DNA of 64,000 nucleotides from Longimicrobiales bacterium (GTDB taxonomy: Bacteria; Gemmatimonadota; Gemmatimonadetes; Longimicrobiales; Gaopeijiaceae). The notes under the pieces are model-generated. The model was not told the origin of the DNA, did no database searches, and worked only from the letters and a program-made list of their open reading frames with translations. The stretch spans positions 305,651 to 369,650 of the forward strand of contig JAWLHJ010000006.1 in the NCBI GenBank assembly GCA_041690395.1, in the 5' to 3' direction. The translations under genes and the position numbers were made by a program. This document shows, in pieces, positions 27,717 to 38,793 of this stretch; positions within the stretch are counted from its first letter, which is position 1; each line of letters begins with the position of its first letter.

Positions 27717-27732
27717 TTTAGGCATACCTAAA
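27717..27732. promoter_or_regulatory. DtxR/MntR/SirR-type operator palindrome
   Basis: TTTAGG-CATA-CCTAAA, AT-rich inverted repeat ~50 bp upstream of the regulator; matches the TTAGG…CCTAA core of DtxR-family boxes. Confidence 0.8.
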
Positions 27733-27894
27733 CCTGGGGCCCAACAGACCGGTCGTCAAGCACCCGGGTGCCCGCGGCCCCGCTTGCCGTGCGACCTCCG
27801 CCGGGCGAACATCCTGCCGTGCCCGTCCCAGCCCGATCGGCTCGGCCCGTGGCGCCGGTCGCGCGTTCATCTCCAGCGTTCAACTCGCCTCGGT

Positions 27895-28536
27895 TTGACC
27901 TACTTCCTGGCCGCCCTGTTCGCTCCCGTCGTCGGAGCGCTCCTGTACCGCACGCTGCACGGCCGTAATCGAGCCGTACGGCTGGTGGACGGCTTCGTGT
28001 ACGTCGCCGTCCCATCGCTGGTCGCCGTCCAGATCCTCCCCGACGTCATCGCGGAGCGGGCTCCGCTCCTGCTCGTGGTCGTGGCCGCAGGCGCGTTCCT
28101 GCCGACCGTCTTCGAGCTCGCGTCGCGATCGGTGTCCCACCACGCGGACGACCTGGCCATCGTGGTGACCCTCGCCGGCCTCGTCTTCCACGAGTTGCTC
28201 GAGGGGGCGGCGCTGGCTCCCACCGGCGAGCCGGTCGAGCCCGCATTCGCGTGGGCCGTGATCCTGCACCGGGTGCCCGTGGGGCTGATCCTCTGGTGGC
28301 TGGTTCGCCCCCGACACGGGATTCCGATGGCCTCCGCGGCGGTCGGGGCCCTCGTGCTCGCGACGCTCGTCGGCGGACTGGTCGGCCTGGAGCTGTCGGG
28401 TCCCATCCACGGGGAGGGATTTCACTACTTCGAGGCCTTCGTCTCCGGCACGCTCCTACACGTCGTCTTCCACCAGGGGCGGCACGATCACGACCATGGC
28501 GACGGTCACGCCCATACCGACCACCATCATCACTGA
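27895..28536 (+). CDS. ZIP-like metal permease with His-rich C-terminus
   Basis: Several TM helices; FHELLEG and ILHRVP ZIP-type motifs; tail HDHDHGDGHAHTDHHHH. TTG start uncertain. Confidence 0.65.
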   Translation: MTYFLAALFAPVVGALLYRTLHGRNRAVRLVDGFVYVAVPSLVAVQILPDVIAERAPLLLVVVAAGAFLPTVFELASRSVSHHADDLAIVVTLAGLVFHELLEGAALAPTGEPVEPAFAWAVILHRVPVGLILWWLVRPRHGIPMASAAVGALVLATLVGGLVGLELSGPIHGEGFHYFEAFVSGTLLHVVFHQGRHDHDHGDGHAHTDHHHH

Positions 28537-28555
28537 ACCCGAGAGGAACCCGCCC

Positions 28556-29167
28556 ATGAGCGCCCAGAACCACCGCGACCCGCGCCCGACCTCCGCCGCC
28601 GCGGGCCTCGCCCGCCCTCTCCTCACCCTCGTGCTGCCGTTCCTGGCCGGCGCGCTGGTCGTCCTGTCGGCGCCCGAACGGCTCGAGGCCCAGAGCGGCG
28701 CGACCACTGGTCCGGTCGTGCATGCCGGCGGCGCGGTATTTCCGGTGGATCCCGATTTCGAGACACCCCTCGACATCGACTACCGGGTCGCCTTCGACAT
28801 TGCCGAAGGCGGCGACACCGAGCGGGTGAGCACGTCCCTCAACACGGTCGCGCGCTACCTGAACATGCACGCGCGGGCCGGCGTGCCCCGGGAACGGCTC
28901 GGCGCGGCCGTCATCATCCACGGCACGGCGGTCATGGACGCCCTGGGCCCGGACGCCTACCGCGCGCGGGCCGGCGGCCCGAATCCGAACCAGGCGCTCC
29001 TCCAGGAGCTACTCGACGCCGGAACCCGCGTGATCGTCTGCGGCCAGAGCGCTGCCTCGCGGGGCTTCGCCGCCTCCGAGCTCGCGGACGGCGTGGAGCT
29101 CGCGCTGTCGGCCATGACCGCCTTCGTCGCCCTCCAGCGGGACGGGTACCTCGTAAACCCCTGGTAG
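28556..29167 (+). CDS. Exported DsrE family protein
   Basis: Signal-like N-terminus; VARYLNMH, IIHG, VCGQS, LSAMTA. Confidence 0.8.
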   Translation: MSAQNHRDPRPTSAAAGLARPLLTLVLPFLAGALVVLSAPERLEAQSGATTGPVVHAGGAVFPVDPDFETPLDIDYRVAFDIAEGGDTERVSTSLNTVARYLNMHARAGVPRERLGAAVIIHGTAVMDALGPDAYRARAGGPNPNQALLQELLDAGTRVIVCGQSAASRGFAASELADGVELALSAMTAFVALQRDGYLVNPW

Positions 29168-29316
29168 TAGGCAACTTGCAGGGACCCTGACGACAGTCCC
29201 CCGGCCGTCGCGACTTGCGAGCGGGCCGAACAGGACGTAATCTCCTCATCCCCGCCGAAAGAACGCCCGGCAATCCTGCCGGGACGTTTCCCAGTAGTGA
29301 TTTGGAGTTTGCTCGC

Positions 29317-32300
29317 ATGCGAGACGAAAGCAGGCGGGGCGCGTCCGTGCGTCCGTATACCGGGGCTGTCCCACGAGTCGGCCGAAGTCAGTTCCTCCCT
29401 TCCGAGCACGGTCTCTACGACCCCCGGAACGAGCACGACGCGTGTGGCATCGGGTTCGTGGCCAATATTCACGGGGCGAAGAGCCACGACATCGTCGAGC
29501 AGGCGCTCCAGATTCTCATCAACCTGAACCACCGCGGGGCGGTGGGCGCCGACCCGACCATGGGCGACGGCGCGGGCATCCTCATCCAGACGCCCCACGC
29601 CCTCTTCACCGAAGTCGCCCCCCAAGCGGGCATCGATCTCCCCGAGCCCGGTAGCTACGCCGCCGCGAACGTCTTCCTGCCCCGCGACGCGACGCTGCGC
29701 GCCCGGTGCGAGGAGATTCTCGAGGCGCACGTGGCCGCCGAGGGACAGACGGTGCTCGGCTGGCGCGACGTGCCGGTCGACCAGAGCGTCCTCAGCGACA
29801 CCGTGCGGGAGACCGAGCCGGTCATCCGCCAGCTCTTCGTGGGCCGGGGCGCCATGTTCCAGGGCGATCAGGACGCCTTCGACCGCAAGCTGTTCGTCAT
29901 CCGACGACAGGCCGAGATCGAGGTCGCGAAGCTCCCCGACGAAGCGGCCGGGGACTTCTACGTCTGCACCCTCTCCACGCGAGTCATGGGCTACAAGGGG
30001 ATGCTGCTCGCCGAGGACGTCGGTCCCTACTACGACGACCTCGGTGACCCGCGCCTGGAGAGCTGCCTCGCGCTGGTACACCAGCGCTTCAGCACCAATA
30101 CCTTTCCGAGCTGGAGTCTGGCGCAGCCGTTCCGTCTGATCTGCCACAACGGGGAGATCAACACGCTCCGCGGCAACCTGAACTGGATGAACGCGCGCCG
30201 CGCGGCGATGCGCTCCACGGTGCTCGGCGACGACCTCGAGAAGCTCTGGCCACTCATCCGCGAGGGACAGTCCGACTCGGCGGGGCTCGACAACGCGCTC
30301 GAGCTCCTGGTCCGCGGCGGCTACTCACTCGCCCACGCCATGATGATGCTGATTCCCGAGGCTTGGGAGCACAACAAGCTCATGGACCCCAGGCGGCGCG
30401 CGTTCTACGAGTACCACGCCGCACTCATGGAGCCCTGGGACGGCCCCGCCTCGATCGCGTTCACCGACGGCCGTCAGGTGGGTGCCACGCTGGACCGCAA
30501 CGGCCTCCGTCCGTCGCGGTACGTCGTGACCGACGACGGCATGGTCGTGCTCTCGTCCGAGGCGGGCGTCCTCCCGATTCCCGAGGAGAAGATCGTCAGG
30601 AAGTGGCGCCTCCAGCCCGGGAAGATGCTCCTCATCGACACCGAGCAGGGCCGCATCATCGACGACGAGGAGATCAAGGCGGATCTCGCGTCCGCGCACC
30701 CGTACCAGGAGATCCTGGACCGCACCCAGGTCATGGTCGAAGACCTGCCCGAATGCGCCCCGGAGCACCCCACCGTCGAGGTCCCGCTGCTCGACCGGCA
30801 GCAGGCGTTCGGCTACACGCAGGAGGCGCTCAAGCTGCTCCTCGCGTCGATGGCGTCGGAGGGGCAGGAGGCGACCGGATCGATGGGCAACGACACGCCC
30901 ATCGCGGCCATGTCCGACCGGCCCAAGCTCCTCTTCTCGTACTTCCGGCAGCGCTTCGCACAGGTCACGAACCCGGCCATCGACTCCATCCGCGAGTCGC
31001 TGGTCATGAGCCTCGTGTCCATGATCGGGCCCCGGCCGAACCTGCTGGAGCTCGACGACGTCGACTCGCACATGCGGCTCGAGGCGGAGCACCCGATCCT
31101 GACGAACACCGACCTCGACAAGATCCGCTGCATCTCGAAGTTCGCGGGCGGTCGGTTCCAGGCGGTCACGCTCGACACGACCTACCCGGTCGAGGACGGG
31201 CCCGAAGGCATGCGCACCGCCGTCGAAGCACTCTGTGAGCGGGCGGAGGCCGCGGTCGTCGAGGGCGACAACATCATCGTCCTTTCGGACCGACGGGTCT
31301 CACCCGACAGGGTCGCCATCCCCTCCGTCCTCGCGACGGCGGCGGTGCACCACCACCTCATCCGGAAGGGGCTCCGCACGCTGGTCGGCCTGGTCGTCGA
31401 GACCGGCGAGGCCCATGAGGTGCACCATCTGGCCGTGCTCGGCGGTTACGGTGCGGAGGGCATCAACCCGTACCTGGCCTTCGAAACGCTCACCGACATG
31501 GTCGAGCGCGGTGACCTCCCGGAGTCGGTGGACGTCGAGACCGCTCACCACAACTACGTGAAGGCCGCCTGCAAGGGGCTGCTCAAGGTGATGTCCAAGA
31601 TGGGCATCTCCACGTTCCAGTCCTACTGCGGGGCTCAGGTCTTCGACGCGCTGGGCCTGAAGCGGTCGTTCGTCGACCGGTACTTCTACGGCACGCCCAC
31701 GGCCATCGAAGGGATCGGCCTCGGCGAGGTGGCCGAGGAGACGTGCCGCCGCCACCGGGACGCGTTCGGCGCGTCTCCGGTGCTCCAGCACGCCCTCGAT
31801 CCCGGTGGCGAGCATCAGTACCGGATCCGCGGGGAGCGTCACTACTGGACGCCCGAGTCCATCGCCGCGCTCCAGCACGCCGTCCGCGGCGACGCGCAGG
31901 ACCGCTACCGGGAGTTCTCCCGGATCGTGGACGACCAGGCCGAGCGGCTGATGAGCCCACGCGGCCTGTTCGAGCTGCGGCCCGCGGGCGAGCCGGTACC
32001 CCTCGACGAGGTGGAGCCGGCGGTCGAGATCGTGAAGCGGTTCTCGACCGGCGCTATGTCGTTCGGCTCGATCTCGAGGGAGGCGCACACCACGTTGGCC
32101 GTGGCGATGAACCGCATCGGCGGGAAGTCGAACAGCGGCGAGGGGGGCGAGGAGCCGGACCGCTTCCTTCGGCTCGACAGCGGCGACTCGATGAACTCGG
32201 CCATCAAGCAGGTGGCTTCGGGACGCTTCGGTGTCACGACCGAGTACCTGTCGAGCGCCGATGTCATGCAGATCAAGGTGGCGCAGGGTGCCAAGCCCGG

Positions 32301-34059
32301 AGAGGGCGGCCAGCTCCCGGGCTTCAAGGTGGACGAGACCATCGCGAGGGTGCGCCATTCGACGCCCGGCGTGGGCCTGATCTCACCGCCGCCCCATCAC
32401 GACATCTACTCCATCGAGGATCTGGCGCAGCTCATCTTCGATCTGAAGAACGTGAACCCGCGCGCGCTGGTCAGCGTCAAGCTCGTGTCGGAGATCGGTG
32501 TCGGGACCGTCGCGGCCGGCGTGTCCAAGGCGCATTCGGACCGGATCACCATCGCCGGCCACGACGGCGGGACCGGCGCGAGCCCCCGGACTTCGATCCA
32601 CCATGCGGGCTCTCCGTGGGAGATCGGCCTTGCCGAGACCCAGCAGACGCTCGTCATGAACCGTCTGCGCGGGCGTGTCGCCGTACAGGTGGACGGGGGG
32701 CTTCGCACCGGCCGGGACGTGGTCATCGGGGCGCTCCTCGGCGCCGACGAGTTCGGCTTCGCCACCGCGCCGCTCGTGGCCTCCGGCTGCATCATGATGA
32801 GGAAGTGCCACCTCAACACCTGCCCGGTCGGCATCGCCACGCAGAACCCGGAGCTGCGCAAGCGCTTCACCGGGCTCCCCGAGCACGTCATCAACTACTT
32901 CTTCTTCATCGCCGAAGAGGTGCGCGAGATCATGGCGGAGCTCGGCTTCCGCACCTTCGACGAGATGATCGGCCGGTCCGACCGGCTCGACACGCGCCGA
33001 ACGGTCGCCCACTACAAGGCGCACGGTCTCGACCTCACACGGTTGCTCCAGCGTGCCGAGGAGGAGCCCGGCGTCGCGATCCATCACACGGAGGAGCAGC
33101 AGCACGACATCGACGATGTCATGGACCGGGCGCTCATGCTCGAGGCGGCGCCCGCGCTCGAACACGGCACGCCGGTCCGGATCGCGCGCCCCATCCGGAA
33201 CACGGACCGCACCACCGGCGCCATGCTCTCCGGTGAGGTCGCGCGCGGCTACGGCCACGCCGGACTCCCCGACGAGACCATCCACATCGCGCTGACGGGC
33301 AACGCCGGCCAGAGCTTCGGCGCATGGCTCGCCCACGGTGTCACCCTCGAGCTCGCGGGCGACGCGAACGACTACGTCGGCAAGGGGCTCTCGGGGGGGC
33401 GGATCATCGTGTATCCGCAGGACCGAGCGCGCATCGTCCCGGAGGAGAGCATGATCGTCGGGAACGTCGTGCTGTACGGCGCGATCTCGGGCGAAGCCTA
33501 CTTCCGGGGGGTCGCCGCCGAGCGGTTCGCTGTGCGGAACTCGGGGGCCTGGACGGTCGTCGAGGGCGTCGGCGATCACGGCTGCGAATACATGACGGGC
33601 GGCGTGGTGGTCGTCCTCGGGGCCACGGGCCGCAACTTCGCGGCCGGCATGTCCGGAGGCATCGCCTACGTGCTGGACGAAGCCGGGGACTTCAGCCTGA
33701 AGGTCAACCCCGAGATGGTCGAGCTCGAGCACCTCGAGGACGACCGGAGCCCCGAGGCGCGGGCAGCCGACGACCTGCCCGACGCGCCGCTCTCGGAGGT
33801 CGCCCGCGACATGCTCGGACAGGACGCGTCACGACTGCGCCGGCTCCTCCAGCGCCACGCGCGCTTCACGGGCAGCGCGAGGGCGAAGGAGATCCTCGAG
33901 CGGTGGGACGAGGCGCTTCCGCGGTTCGTGAAAGTCATGCCCACGGACTACCGCAGGGCACTCACGAAGCTGGTCCACGCCGCCCCGGCGGCGCACGAGC
34001 CGGACGTCATACGCAAGCGCGGACGGAAGCCCGCGGTGGGGAGCTACCAGAATGGGTAA
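29317..34059 (+). CDS. gltB: Glutamate synthase large subunit
   Basis: HDACGIGF (Ntn Cys), [36 protein letters not shown] (3Fe-4S). ATG follows GGAG. Confidence 0.97.
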   Translation: MRDESRRGASVRPYTGAVPRVGRSQFLPSEHGLYDPRNEHDACGIGFVANIHGAKSHDIVEQALQILINLNHRGAVGADPTMGDGAGILIQTPHALFTEVAPQAGIDLPEPGSYAAANVFLPRDATLRARCEEILEAHVAAEGQTVLGWRDVPVDQSVLSDTVRETEPVIRQLFVGRGAMFQGDQDAFDRKLFVIRRQAEIEVAKLPDEAAGDFYVCTLSTRVMGYKGMLLAEDVGPYYDDLGDPRLESCLALVHQRFSTNTFPSWSLAQPFRLICHNGEINTLRGNLNWMNARRAAMRSTVLGDDLEKLWPLIREGQSDSAGLDNALELLVRGGYSLAHAMMMLIPEAWEHNKLMDPRRRAFYEYHAALMEPWDGPASIAFTDGRQVGATLDRNGLRPSRYVVTDDGMVVLSSEAGVLPIPEEKIVRKWRLQPGKMLLIDTEQGRIIDDEEIKADLASAHPYQEILDRTQVMVEDLPECAPEHPTVEVPLLDRQQAFGYTQEALKLLLASMASEGQEATGSMGNDTPIAAMSDRPKLLFSYFRQRFAQVTNPAIDSIRESLVMSLVSMIGPRPNLLELDDVDSHMRLEAEHPILTNTDLDKIRCISKFAGGRFQAVTLDTTYPVEDGPEGMRTAVEALCERAEAAVVEGDNIIVLSDRRVSPDRVAIPSVLATAAVHHHLIRKGLRTLVGLVVETGEAHEVHHLAVLGGYGAEGINPYLAFETLTDMVERGDLPESVDVETAHHNYVKAACKGLLKVMSKMGISTFQSYCGAQVFDALGLKRSFVDRYFYGTPTAIEGIGLGEVAEETCRRHRDAFGASPVLQHALDPGGEHQYRIRGERHYWTPESIAALQHAVRGDAQDRYREFSRIVDDQAERLMSPRGLFELRPAGEPVPLDEVEPAVEIVKRFSTGAMSFGSISREAHTTLAVAMNRIGGKSNSGEGGEEPDRFLRLDSGDSMNSAIKQVASGRFGVTTEYLSSADVMQIKVAQGAKPGEGGQLPGFKVDETIARVRHSTPGVGLISPPPHHDIYSIEDLAQLIFDLKNVNPRALVSVKLVSEIGVGTVAAGVSKAHSDRITIAGHDGGTGASPRTSIHHAGSPWEIGLAETQQTLVMNRLRGRVAVQVDGGLRTGRDVVIGALLGADEFGFATAPLVASGCIMMRKCHLNTCPVGIATQNPELRKRFTGLPEHVINYFFFIAEEVREIMAELGFRTFDEMIGRSDRLDTRRTVAHYKAHGLDLTRLLQRAEEEPGVAIHHTEEQQHDIDDVMDRALMLEAAPALEHGTPVRIARPIRNTDRTTGAMLSGEVARGYGHAGLPDETIHIALTGNAGQSFGAWLAHGVTLELAGDANDYVGKGLSGGRIIVYPQDRARIVPEESMIVGNVVLYGAISGEAYFRGVAAERFAVRNSGAWTVVEGVGDHGCEYMTGGVVVVLGATGRNFAAGMSGGIAYVLDEAGDFSLKVNPEMVELEHLEDDRSPEARAADDLPDAPLSEVARDMLGQDASRLRRLLQRHARFTGSARAKEILERWDEALPRFVKVMPTDYRRALTKLVHAAPAAHEPDVIRKRGRKPAVGSYQNG

Positions 34060-35467
34060 GGTCACGGGGTTCCTGGAGATCGCCAGCAAGCGGCCGCAGT
34101 ACCGCCCGGTCGAGGAGCGGGTGCGCCACTACCGGGAGTTCACGGAGCCGCTGCCCACGGAGGAGATCGCACTCCAGGGCGCGCGCTGCATGGACTGCGG
34201 GATCCCGTTCTGCCACCAGGGATGTCCGGTGAACAACATCATCCCGGACTGGAACGACCTCGTCTTCCGCGATCGGTGGCGGGAGGCCGTGGAGGTCCTG
34301 CACTCGACGAACAACTTCCCCGAGTTCACCGGGCGCATCTGTCCGGCACCGTGCGAGGCGTCGTGCACGCTGAACATCCACGACGACCCGGTGACCATCA
34401 AATCCATCGAGGTGGCGATCATCGACCGGGCCTGGGAGGAGGGCTGGGTCCGGCCGCTCGTGGCCGAAAAGCGCACCGGCCGCACGGTCGCCATCGTCGG
34501 ATCGGGGCCGGCCGGCCTGGCTTGCGCCCAACAGCTCGCCCGGGCCGGGCACGACGTGACCGTGTTCGAGCGGAACGCCACGGTGGGCGGGCTGCTCCGC
34601 TACGGCATCCCCGATTTCAAGATGGAGAAGCGGCACATCGACCGCCGTCTGGAGCAGATGGAGGCCGAGGGCGTCGTCTTCACCACCGGATGCGAGATCG
34701 GCGTGGACCTCCCGGCCTCCAGGCTCGTCGAGGAGTTCGACGCCGTGGTGCTCACGGGTGGGGCCGAGCGGCCGCGTGACTTGGAGGTGCCCGGCCGCGG
34801 GCTCGACGGCGTGCACTTCGCGATGGATTTCCTGACGCAGCAGAACCGCCGGGTCGCCGGCGAGCCGGTGGGTGCGGAGGACATCCTGGCGACGGACAAG
34901 CACGTCGTGGTCATCGGCGGTGGAGACACCGGATCCGACTGCATCGGGACGTCGTGGCGCCAGGGGGCCAAGTCGGTCACGCAGCTCGAGATCATGCCGC
35001 GCCCGCCCCAGAAGGAGGACAAGGGCACGACCTGGCCCGAGTGGCCCCTGAAGCTGCGGACGTCGTCCTCACAGGAGGAGGGCGGCGAGCGGGACTGGAG
35101 CGTCGCGACGGAGCGGTTCTCCGGGGTCGACGGCCGCGTGACGACCCTCCACGGCGTGCGCCTCACGCCGAAGATGCAGCGCATCGAGGGAACCGAGTTC
35201 GAGCTCCGAGCGGATCTCGTGCTGCTTGCGATGGGCTTCGTGCACCCGGTCCAGGAGGGGATGCTCGAGCAGCTCGGCGTCGCGTTCGACAAGCGGGGCA
35301 ACGTGGCCGCGGACACCGAGGCCTACCGGACCAGCGTGGGCAAGGTCTTCGCCGCGGGCGACATGCGGCGGGGTCAGTCGTTGGTGGTGTGGGCGATCCG
35401 GGAAGGGCGGCAGTGCGCGCGGGCGGTGGACGCGTTCCTGATGGGGGCGAGCGACCTGCCGCGGTAG
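34052..35467 (+). CDS. gltD: Glutamate synthase small subunit
   Basis: [52 protein letters not shown]. Confidence 0.97.
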   Translation: MGKVTGFLEIASKRPQYRPVEERVRHYREFTEPLPTEEIALQGARCMDCGIPFCHQGCPVNNIIPDWNDLVFRDRWREAVEVLHSTNNFPEFTGRICPAPCEASCTLNIHDDPVTIKSIEVAIIDRAWEEGWVRPLVAEKRTGRTVAIVGSGPAGLACAQQLARAGHDVTVFERNATVGGLLRYGIPDFKMEKRHIDRRLEQMEAEGVVFTTGCEIGVDLPASRLVEEFDAVVLTGGAERPRDLEVPGRGLDGVHFAMDFLTQQNRRVAGEPVGAEDILATDKHVVVIGGGDTGSDCIGTSWRQGAKSVTQLEIMPRPPQKEDKGTTWPEWPLKLRTSSSQEEGGERDWSVATERFSGVDGRVTTLHGVRLTPKMQRIEGTEFELRADLVLLAMGFVHPVQEGMLEQLGVAFDKRGNVAADTEAYRTSVGKVFAAGDMRRGQSLVVWAIREGRQCARAVDAFLMGASDLPR

Positions 35468-35619
35468 GTTCGCCGCCGGCTCGAGGCTCGGGATAACCAA
35501 GCGATGAACAAATCCGGCAGTTGACGGGCGCCACCGTCCAGCGGATCCCGGAGGAAGAGCCCTCGCCCAGGTGGCGCAAACATGACATGGTCGCCGTCGC
35601 TGGGGCGGCGGCGTCATTC

Positions 35620-35699
35620 TTCCGCCACATGTGGCGGCTGAGGTCACGTGCCGACGCGAGGCTCAAACGCGCGCGGCTTGTTTCCGCCACATGTGGCGG
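35620..35699. repeat. Two copies of an 18-bp unit containing the perfect palindrome CCGCCACATGTGGCGG
   Basis: TTCCGCCACATGTGGCGG at 35620-35637 and 35682-35699, in the spacer between convergent genes. Confidence 0.85.
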
Positions 35700-35795
35700 T
35701 CAACGTGACGCGCCGCTCCGCGCCGTCGTCACGGTGGGGGATTGTTGCCACCCTTCACCATGGGGGAGCCATCGCTCCGGGATGCTCGTGATGCC

Positions 35796-37202
35796 CTAGC
35801 CCCCCGTGAGTTCGGCCAGCGCCTCCCGGTCCAATAGCTCCCCCTTCGTCACCACGGCTTCGACGGCGCGGGTGTTCCGGATGTCCGCGAGCGGGTCGGC
35901 GGACAGGAGCACGAGGTCGGCGACACGCCCGGCCTCGACCGTGCCCATCTCGCCCTCGAGCCCGAAGAACTCGGCGGGGCGCACCGTGGCGGCACGGAGC
36001 GCATCCCGCGGGCTCAGTCCCGCCCGCACCAGCATCTCGAGCTCGCTGTGGAGGCTGTAGCCGGGCACGGCGTACCCGATGGGGGTGTCGGTGCCGGCCC
36101 CGATCGGCACCCCGGCCTCGTGCAGCATGCCCACGAAATCGAGGCTCCACTGTCCGTGGGTGACGTCGCGCGTCGGCCCGTCACCCGCCTCGGCCAACGC
36201 CTCTCTCCACGGCGCCGCGGCCTCTTCCGGTATCCGGTCCAGCGCCGCGGGGAAATCGTCGCGGTCGAACGGCGAGACGATCCCCATGGAGTTCAGCCGT
36301 AGCGTCGGGACCTGGATGGTCGACGAGAGGGCCGTCGCGAGCTCGGCGCAGCGCGCGGGGTCGGCGCTCTCGATGGCCGGCACGCGGTGCATGGTGTGCA
36401 GCCGTGACCTCAGGGCTGCCCCGGCAGGGTCGTCGTGGGCGTCGAGGATGGCGCGACGCTCCGCGAGCATCGCCTCGGCATCGGCGGCACAGTCCATCTC
36501 CAGGTTCCTGAGATGCTCGAGCGAGTGCACGCGTGGCCCGACGTCCCGCGCCAGCATGGAGAGCGGCACGTGCCCGTCGATGGGGAGCCCGTGCTCGCCC
36601 GCCGCCTCCACCAACGCCTCGAACACCTCCGGCGAGACGAGCTCGTAGATCTTGACGAAGTCGACGCCCGCCTCGGCCAGGCGCGCCACGTTCGCCCGGG
36701 CCATCTCGGGATCGGGGTTCGCGATACCCAGCAACGGGTTGTTCACGCCGTCGTACACCACCGCCTCGCCGTCGAGCAGCGGGCCCGCGAAGAACACCCG
36801 CGGCGCGGGTCCGTCGCCCGAGCGCAGCCGCTCCACCACCGGGAGCATGGCCTCGAGCGGCCCACCCGTGTCCCGGACGCTCGTCACCCCGTGCGCGAGG
36901 AAGAGCCCCGCCATGGCGTTCGTGAACCGCTCGTCGTACGTGAAGTGGACATGGAAGTCCCAGAGGCCCGGAATCAGGAAGCGTCCGGTCCCGTCGACCA
37001 CGCGGGCCGCGCCGGACGGCTCCCCGGCGTCCGTCACGGAGACGATCCGCCCGTCGTCCACGACCACGGTCCGGCCGGGGAGGGCGCCCTGTTCGGCGTC
37101 CACCACGGTCACGTTCTCGATGGCGAGATCCGCGGCGGGCTCCGGGGCGCCGCAAGCGGCGCACAGAAGGAACACGACGAGCATGGGGGCTGAGCGACGC
37201 AT
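35796..37202 (-). CDS. Amidohydrolase family lipoprotein
   Basis: Lipobox-like LCAAC; PGLWDFHVH, FVKIYE, GHVP, AGTD, GRVADLVLL. Confidence 0.88.
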   Translation of the reverse strand: MRRSAPMLVVFLLCAACGAPEPAADLAIENVTVVDAEQGALPGRTVVVDDGRIVSVTDAGEPSGAARVVDGTGRFLIPGLWDFHVHFTYDERFTNAMAGLFLAHGVTSVRDTGGPLEAMLPVVERLRSGDGPAPRVFFAGPLLDGEAVVYDGVNNPLLGIANPDPEMARANVARLAEAGVDFVKIYELVSPEVFEALVEAAGEHGLPIDGHVPLSMLARDVGPRVHSLEHLRNLEMDCAADAEAMLAERRAILDAHDDPAGAALRSRLHTMHRVPAIESADPARCAELATALSSTIQVPTLRLNSMGIVSPFDRDDFPAALDRIPEEAAAPWREALAEAGDGPTRDVTHGQWSLDFVGMLHEAGVPIGAGTDTPIGYAVPGYSLHSELEMLVRAGLSPRDALRAATVRPAEFFGLEGEMGTVEAGRVADLVLLSADPLADIRNTRAVEAVVTKGELLDREALAELTGG

Positions 37203-37420
37203 CGGCGACTCCGGGATGTGCGGGGTGGACGGCGTGTGGCCGACGGTAGGCCGCGGATGTCGTGACGGCAAGCGAGGGCCCGCCACGAGCCGAGACCTCG
37301 GGAAGAGTGGTCACACACGTGGCCCGTTGCGCGGAGCGTATCCGGACTCGACACTAAACTGGCGCCCGCGCCCCTCCGGGTTCCGGGCGCGCGAACCGTA
37401 GGCTCGGACCGGGAGACACC

Positions 37421-38614
37421 ATGGGTGAGGACAGGAAGTTCACGCGGCGGCACTTCGTCGGCGGCGCGGCAGCCGCGCTCGGCGCGCTCGGCATCTCGCC
37501 CGGCTCGGTCCTCGCGGAAGGGGCCCCGCGCCGCAGGCCGACGGTCCCTCGGCTCCCGGCGCTCGAGCAGGAGCGCGACGACTACGACGCCCTCGCGAAG
37601 ATCAACTTCAACGAGAACCCCTACGGCCCGTCCGAGAAGGTCATGGAGGCCATGCAGTTCGCCTTCAAGTACTCCATGCGCTACGGCTATCCGGACGGGG
37701 GCATCACCCAGGCGATCGCGGACCACCACGGGGTCGCCCGGGAGAACGTGCTCCTCGGTGCCGGGTCTGGGGAGATTCTCGAAGTGGTCGGGCTCACCTA
37801 CCTCGACGCCGACAAGATGGTGGTCGGCGTGGAGCCGTCGTACGGCTCGGTCTACAGCCACGCCAGCGGCATCGACGCCGAGGCGCTCCTGTTACCGCTC
37901 GAGCCCGATCACACGCAGAACATCGGCCGCATGATCGACGCCACGCGCCGGAACGCCCGCGACGTCGGCTTCGTGTATCTCTGCAACCCGAACAATCCCA
38001 CCGGCCTGCCCGTGAGCGCGTCCGACGTGCGCGACCTGCTCGACGGCATTCCGGAAGACATCCCCGTGCTCATCGACGAGGCGTACCATCACTTCGTGGA
38101 GGATGCCGGATATGCCACCTCGATCCCACACGTGCTCGAGGGACGCCGCGTCATCGTCGCACGCACGTTTTCCAAGATCTACGGGATGGCCGCGATGCGG
38201 CTCGGCTACGCCATCGCACCGGCGGACATGGTGCGCCGCATGCAGGCCTACAGCACCGGGAGCACGAACGCGCTGGTGAAGTGGGGTGGCGCCGCCGCGC
38301 TGGCCGACACCGAGTCCGAGCAGTGGGTTCGTGAGACCACGCTCCGACTGCGGAAGCGGACCACCCGGCAGCTCGAGGACTTCGGCTACGAGGTGATCCC
38401 CTCCGACTGCAACTTCTTCATGGTGGACATGCGTAGGCCGGTGCAGGAGGTGTCGCGGGCCTTCCGCGAGCGCGATATCCTGGTCGGCCGCCCGTTCCCG
38501 CCCATGCTCGAGCACCTCAGGGTGTCGGTGGGCACGGAGGAGGAGATGGACCGCTTCCTCGAGGCGTTCGAGGACCTTTTCGTGACGCGGACGTCTTCCC
38601 GCTCGGGCCGGTAA
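37421..38614 (+). CDS. Class I/II PLP aminotransferase (HisC-like) with twin-arginine signal
   Basis: FTRRHFVGG Tat motif; NENPYGPS, CNPNNPTG, DEAY, RTFSKIYG…RLGY. Confidence 0.88.
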   Translation: MGEDRKFTRRHFVGGAAAALGALGISPGSVLAEGAPRRRPTVPRLPALEQERDDYDALAKINFNENPYGPSEKVMEAMQFAFKYSMRYGYPDGGITQAIADHHGVARENVLLGAGSGEILEVVGLTYLDADKMVVGVEPSYGSVYSHASGIDAEALLLPLEPDHTQNIGRMIDATRRNARDVGFVYLCNPNNPTGLPVSASDVRDLLDGIPEDIPVLIDEAYHHFVEDAGYATSIPHVLEGRRVIVARTFSKIYGMAAMRLGYAIAPADMVRRMQAYSTGSTNALVKWGGAAALADTESEQWVRETTLRLRKRTTRQLEDFGYEVIPSDCNFFMVDMRRPVQEVSRAFRERDILVGRPFPPMLEHLRVSVGTEEEMDRFLEAFEDLFVTRTSSRSGR

Positions 38615-38793
38615 AGTCGGGCGTGGCCACGCCGGAGGGAGAAGGGCGCTCCGGAGGCTCGCGGACCCATCGGGCGGATAATCGGTAATTCCTGGGCGCG
38701 CGTCCGCTTCGGCGGTCGCGCGCTCGGTTGTCTGTCAGGACCCCGGCGGGGCTCGCCGAGGGTGATCGATCGTTCAAGACGAGAGGTAGTCGG

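Noticed and set aside
29230..29270. glnA-type glutamine riboswitch upstream of gltB
   Set aside because: GGACGTAA and GAAAGAACGC loosely recall the motif, but no upstream CGTTC strand exists to close P1; kept only as a generic structured-leader hypothesis.
37421..38614. Gene symbol hisC
   Set aside because: The Tat leader and absence of his-operon context make histidine biosynthesis doubtful.
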